The position numbers and the translations under genes were made by a program. The notes below the pieces were generated by a model. The model saw nothing but the letters and a program-made list of their open reading frames with translations, searched no databases and had not been told where the DNA came from. DNA of 64,000 bases from Basidiobolus meristosporus CBS 931.73 (lineage: Eukaryota > Fungi > Basidiobolomycota), in contig MCFE01000006.1 in the NCBI GenBank assembly GCA_002104905.1, positions 1-64,000 of the forward strand, given 5' to 3'. Every line of letters starts with the position of its first letter. Within the stretch, counting starts at the first letter, position 1. Below are positions 61,044 to 64,000 of the stretch, piece after piece.

Positions 61044-63617
61044 TTAGAAAATGTAGTAGTCTTGAGACATAGGTAACGTATGTGCCGGCTCACATATGCA
61101 AAGTTCACCATTTGCATACACTTCTTTTGATTCAGGATCTACTCTAAGTTCAGGCATGGCATCGTTGTGTATCATATGTTTTTTGGTAACATTACGGCAA
61201 TTCTTCACAGCAACCGGTTTCTTATTAAGTTTGTAACTCTCGATTTTACCAGAATCGATAGCTGCCTGACTGGTTAGGATAACGGAACCATATCCAACAC
61301 CATGTCCACGAGCTCCATACATTTCACGGCCGATCATAGGCTCAGGCGTAGGGATAGAGCCGTTAGCATCTCCAACAACAGCCCATGGGATGATTCCACC
61401 TTTGATGATTAACTCAGGCTTCGTTCCGAAGTTAGCTGGAGTGTACATCACCATATCGGCCAATTTTCCTACTTCAATGGATCCGATGATGTGGCCTGCT
61501 CCGTGAGCAATCGCAGGATTGATTGTGTATTTGGAAACGTATCTCTTCACTCTGAAATTATCGTGTGTACAGTCTTCTTCTTCTCCGGGGCAACTTAAGT
61601 GACCTCTTTGTTGTTTCATCTTATGTGCGGTTTTCCATGTTCTGGAAACAACTTCACCCACTCTACCCATGGCTTGTGAATCTGACGATATGATACTGAT
61701 AGCACCAATATCATGCAAAATATCTTCAGCGGCGATAGTTTCCTCTCGGATACGCGACTCAGCAAAGGCAACATCTTCAGGAATATCTATACTCAGGTGA
61801 TGGCACACCATTAACATATGTAGATGCTCGTCTACAGTGTTGACAGCGAATGGCCTAGTAGGATTTGTGGAAGAGGGGATTACACAGAGTTCGGAACAAA
61901 CACGGATGATATCTGGAGCGTGACCACCACCAGCACCTTCTGAATGATATGTATGAATAGTACGGCCTTTGAATGCTTCAATGGTAGCATCAACAAAACC
62001 AGATTCATTTAAGGTATCTGTATGAATAGTTGTTTGAACGTCCATCTCGTCACAAACACTCAAGCAGTTATCAATGGTAGCAGGAGTAGAGCCCCAGTCC
62101 TCATGAAGCTTTAGTCCAATGCATCCAAATTCGATTTGCTCGCGAAGAGGAGCAGGGTCAGAACAATTTCCTTTGCCAGTGAAACCGAAGTTTAGCGGAA
62201 TGTCGTCAGTGGATACCATCATATATTCAACATGGAATGCGGCAGGCGTGCAAGTAGTTGCTTTACTACCAGTATTAGGTCCTGTTCCACCACCAATCAC
62301 TGTGGTGATTCCACTACTCAAGGCTTCATAACACATCTGGGGACAGATAAAGTGGATGTGAGTATCCACAGCACCGGCCACAAAGATGTTTCCTTCACCA
62401 GCAAGTGCTTCAGTCGAAGCACCAATGATCATTCCGTCAGTTACGCCGTCCATGATGTCAGGGTTTCCAGCTTTTCCAATTCCAACAATGTATCCGTCTT
62501 TAATACCGATATCCGCTTTGATAATGCCGCTATGATCCACGATAATGGCATTGGTAATCACCAGGTCCAGACAATTATCATTCAAGGTATGGGTGGATTG
62601 TCCCATACCTTCACGTATGACTTTTCCTCCGCCGAAGACGCATTCATCACCATAAACCGTAAAATCCTTCTCGATTTCAATAAAGAGGTTGGTATCGCCT
62701 AGTCGGATACGATCGCCGACAGTTGGACCAAACATATCCTTATAAACAACTCGTGGGATCGAGAAGGGGATGGGTGGAGCAGATTCAAACTCCTGCTTGG
62801 CATGGCGGAATCCACGCTTTTCGCATGTCGCGATGATTTCGGGGATTCGCTTCTCGTCGTATTCGCCAGTAGCGATATTGTTTCCTCCTGATATATATTT
62901 CTTACCGCCAATCTTCACGAGGGTTACGGTTTTAGAATCACCTGGCTCGAAACGAACCGAAGTTCCAGAAGTAATATCCAGTCTATATCCATAGGCACGG
63001 CCTCGGTCGAACTCGAGCTCACTATTTGTTTCGACGAAATGGTAATGAGAGCCTACCTGTAACATGACGAACATTAGAACATTGGATGGATTAATCAGCA
63101 TTATACTACTCACCTGAATCGGTCTATCACCCATGTTAGTAACTCTGAGGGAGATTCTGTCTCTGTCTGGGACCATGATAATGTTTCCAGGTCGTGGAAT
63201 AACTGCACCTGGTAAGCTATATTCATCTACAGGTAATGGTACAGGGAATGCATCCATCTTGGGGATCGGGAAGAAACTGCCATACAGAGCCAATTCAAGA
63301 TTCCCATCGTCCGTACAAATAGGGTCTTGGATAGCTACCAAGAATGTACCATCTCTGAACGTACCCTCCACATGCACTTCGTGTAGAGTCCCCAATACGG
63401 AGGTTAAAACGTGGCGACGACCTAACAGATGTCTACCTATATCCATAAGCTCAGACACGCTATGATTTCCATCCCTGATGAATTCGAGTATTTGTGAAGC
63501 AATAAGTGCAGTCGCTTCCGTGTGGTTGAGTCTCACCCCTCTGGCAAGACGTTTCTGGGCGAGAAAGCCGACCTGGTGAATAATCAACTTGTCTTGCTCT
63601 CTGAAAACAAGATTCAT
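61044..63617 (-). CDS. URE1: Urease, single-chain eukaryotic gamma-beta-alpha fusion, ~838 aa after removing a 57-nt in-frame intron (63057-63113)
   Basis: [78 protein letters not shown] and SSDSQAMGR include all Ni ligands. Confidence 0.97.
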   Translation of the reverse strand: MNLVFREQDKLIIHQVGFLAQKRLARGVRLNHTEATALIASQILEFIRDGNHSVSELMDIGRHLLGRRHVLTSVLGTLHEVHVEGTFRDGTFLVAIQDPICTDDGNLELALYGSFFPIPKMDAFPVPLPVDEYSLPGAVIPRPGNIIMVPDRDRISLRVTNMGDRPIQVSSIMLINPSNVLMFVMLQVGSHYHFVETNSELEFDRGRAYGYRLDITSGTSVRFEPGDSKTVTLVKIGGKKYISGGNNIATGEYDEKRIPEIIATCEKRGFRHAKQEFESAPPIPFSIPRVVYKDMFGPTVGDRIRLGDTNLFIEIEKDFTVYGDECVFGGGKVIREGMGQSTHTLNDNCLDLVITNAIIVDHSGIIKADIGIKDGYIVGIGKAGNPDIMDGVTDGMIIGASTEALAGEGNIFVAGAVDTHIHFICPQMCYEALSSGITTVIGGGTGPNTGSKATTCTPAAFHVEYMMVSTDDIPLNFGFTGKGNCSDPAPLREQIEFGCIGLKLHEDWGSTPATIDNCLSVCDEMDVQTTIHTDTLNESGFVDATIEAFKGRTIHTYHSEGAGGGHAPDIIRVCSELCVIPSSTNPTRPFAVNTVDEHLHMLMVCHHLSIDIPEDVAFAESRIREETIAAEDILHDIGAISIISSDSQAMGRVGEVVSRTWKTAHKMKQQRGHLSCPGEEEDCTHDNFRVKRYVSKYTINPAIAHGAGHIIGSIEVGKLADMVMYTPANFGTKPELIIKGGIIPWAVVGDANGSIPTPEPMIGREMYGARGHGVGYGSVILTSQAAIDSGKIESYKLNKKPVAVKNCRNVTKKHMIHNDAMPELRVDPESKEVYANGELCICEPAHTLPMSQDYYIF

Positions 63618-64000
63618 AGTTCCTAGAGTACTTCGAGAGAGATTATGACACTAGATATGAAAAGGATGTATATTAGGAAAACGATGTGGACAGCCAGCTA
63701 CGGCTAGCAACGAGCAAGAAGAGAATATATGCACTGTTCTCATCGCCATCTTATCTTAATATATATATTTCTTGTGCTTGTAATACCAATCATGTGACAC
63801 TACTTGAAAACAAATCCATATGCTAACGTAAAGGAAATAAAGAATCCACAATGAAATTTCACAAGATCAAGTTTTAGCAAACAAGTGTTGGATTGAATCA
63901 CCAAAAATTCCGAATTTGGGTTAACTGATGAATATTATCTCTAGCAGATACAACTCCCCCACTAAGCAACCCACCGGCTGTACATTTTTAGATGGCAGAG

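Noticed and set aside
1-64000. CRISPR arrays, rRNA, tRNA, Starship/YR captain genes, telomeric repeats
   Set aside because: None seen. Only short (TA)n runs near 25047 and 33362 were noted.

Overview
Eukaryotic (fungal) genomic DNA with short GT-AG introns. The host looks like an intron-poor, early-diverging (non-Dikarya) fungus; a Basidiobolus- or Mucoromycota-like organism is my best guess and is not proven. Recognisable host-type genes are a DAACS transporter 3' end, a PAQR/IZH receptor, a CE4 chitin deacetylase, an acyl-CoA synthetase, a GNAT, a centrosomin-like coiled-coil protein, a Ulp-family SUMO protease, a WW/Pro-rich protein, a 4E-BP, HAUS2, CHO2/PEM1, a C2 protein, a 1710-aa coiled-coil protein and a single-chain urease. 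Three things stand out. (1) At 2.8-10.3 kb an intact L-tryptophan-decarboxylase (PsiD)-clade gene and an Agaricomycete-looking, 7-intron nitronate monooxygenase sit among CpG-depleted transposon relics, a candidate fungus-to-fungus transferred island. No psiK/psiM/psiH is present in the window. (2) At 53.5-59.8 kb a tight three-gene cluster (DUF1365, CFA-synthase-family methyltransferase, COG2907-type FAD oxidoreductase) matches the families of the bacterial furan-fatty-acid enzymes UfaO, UfaM and UfaD. (3) An intronless secreted CHAP-domain protein is a candidate bacterial-derived peptidoglycan hydrolase. All family assignments are by eye from motif recall; no database search was run.
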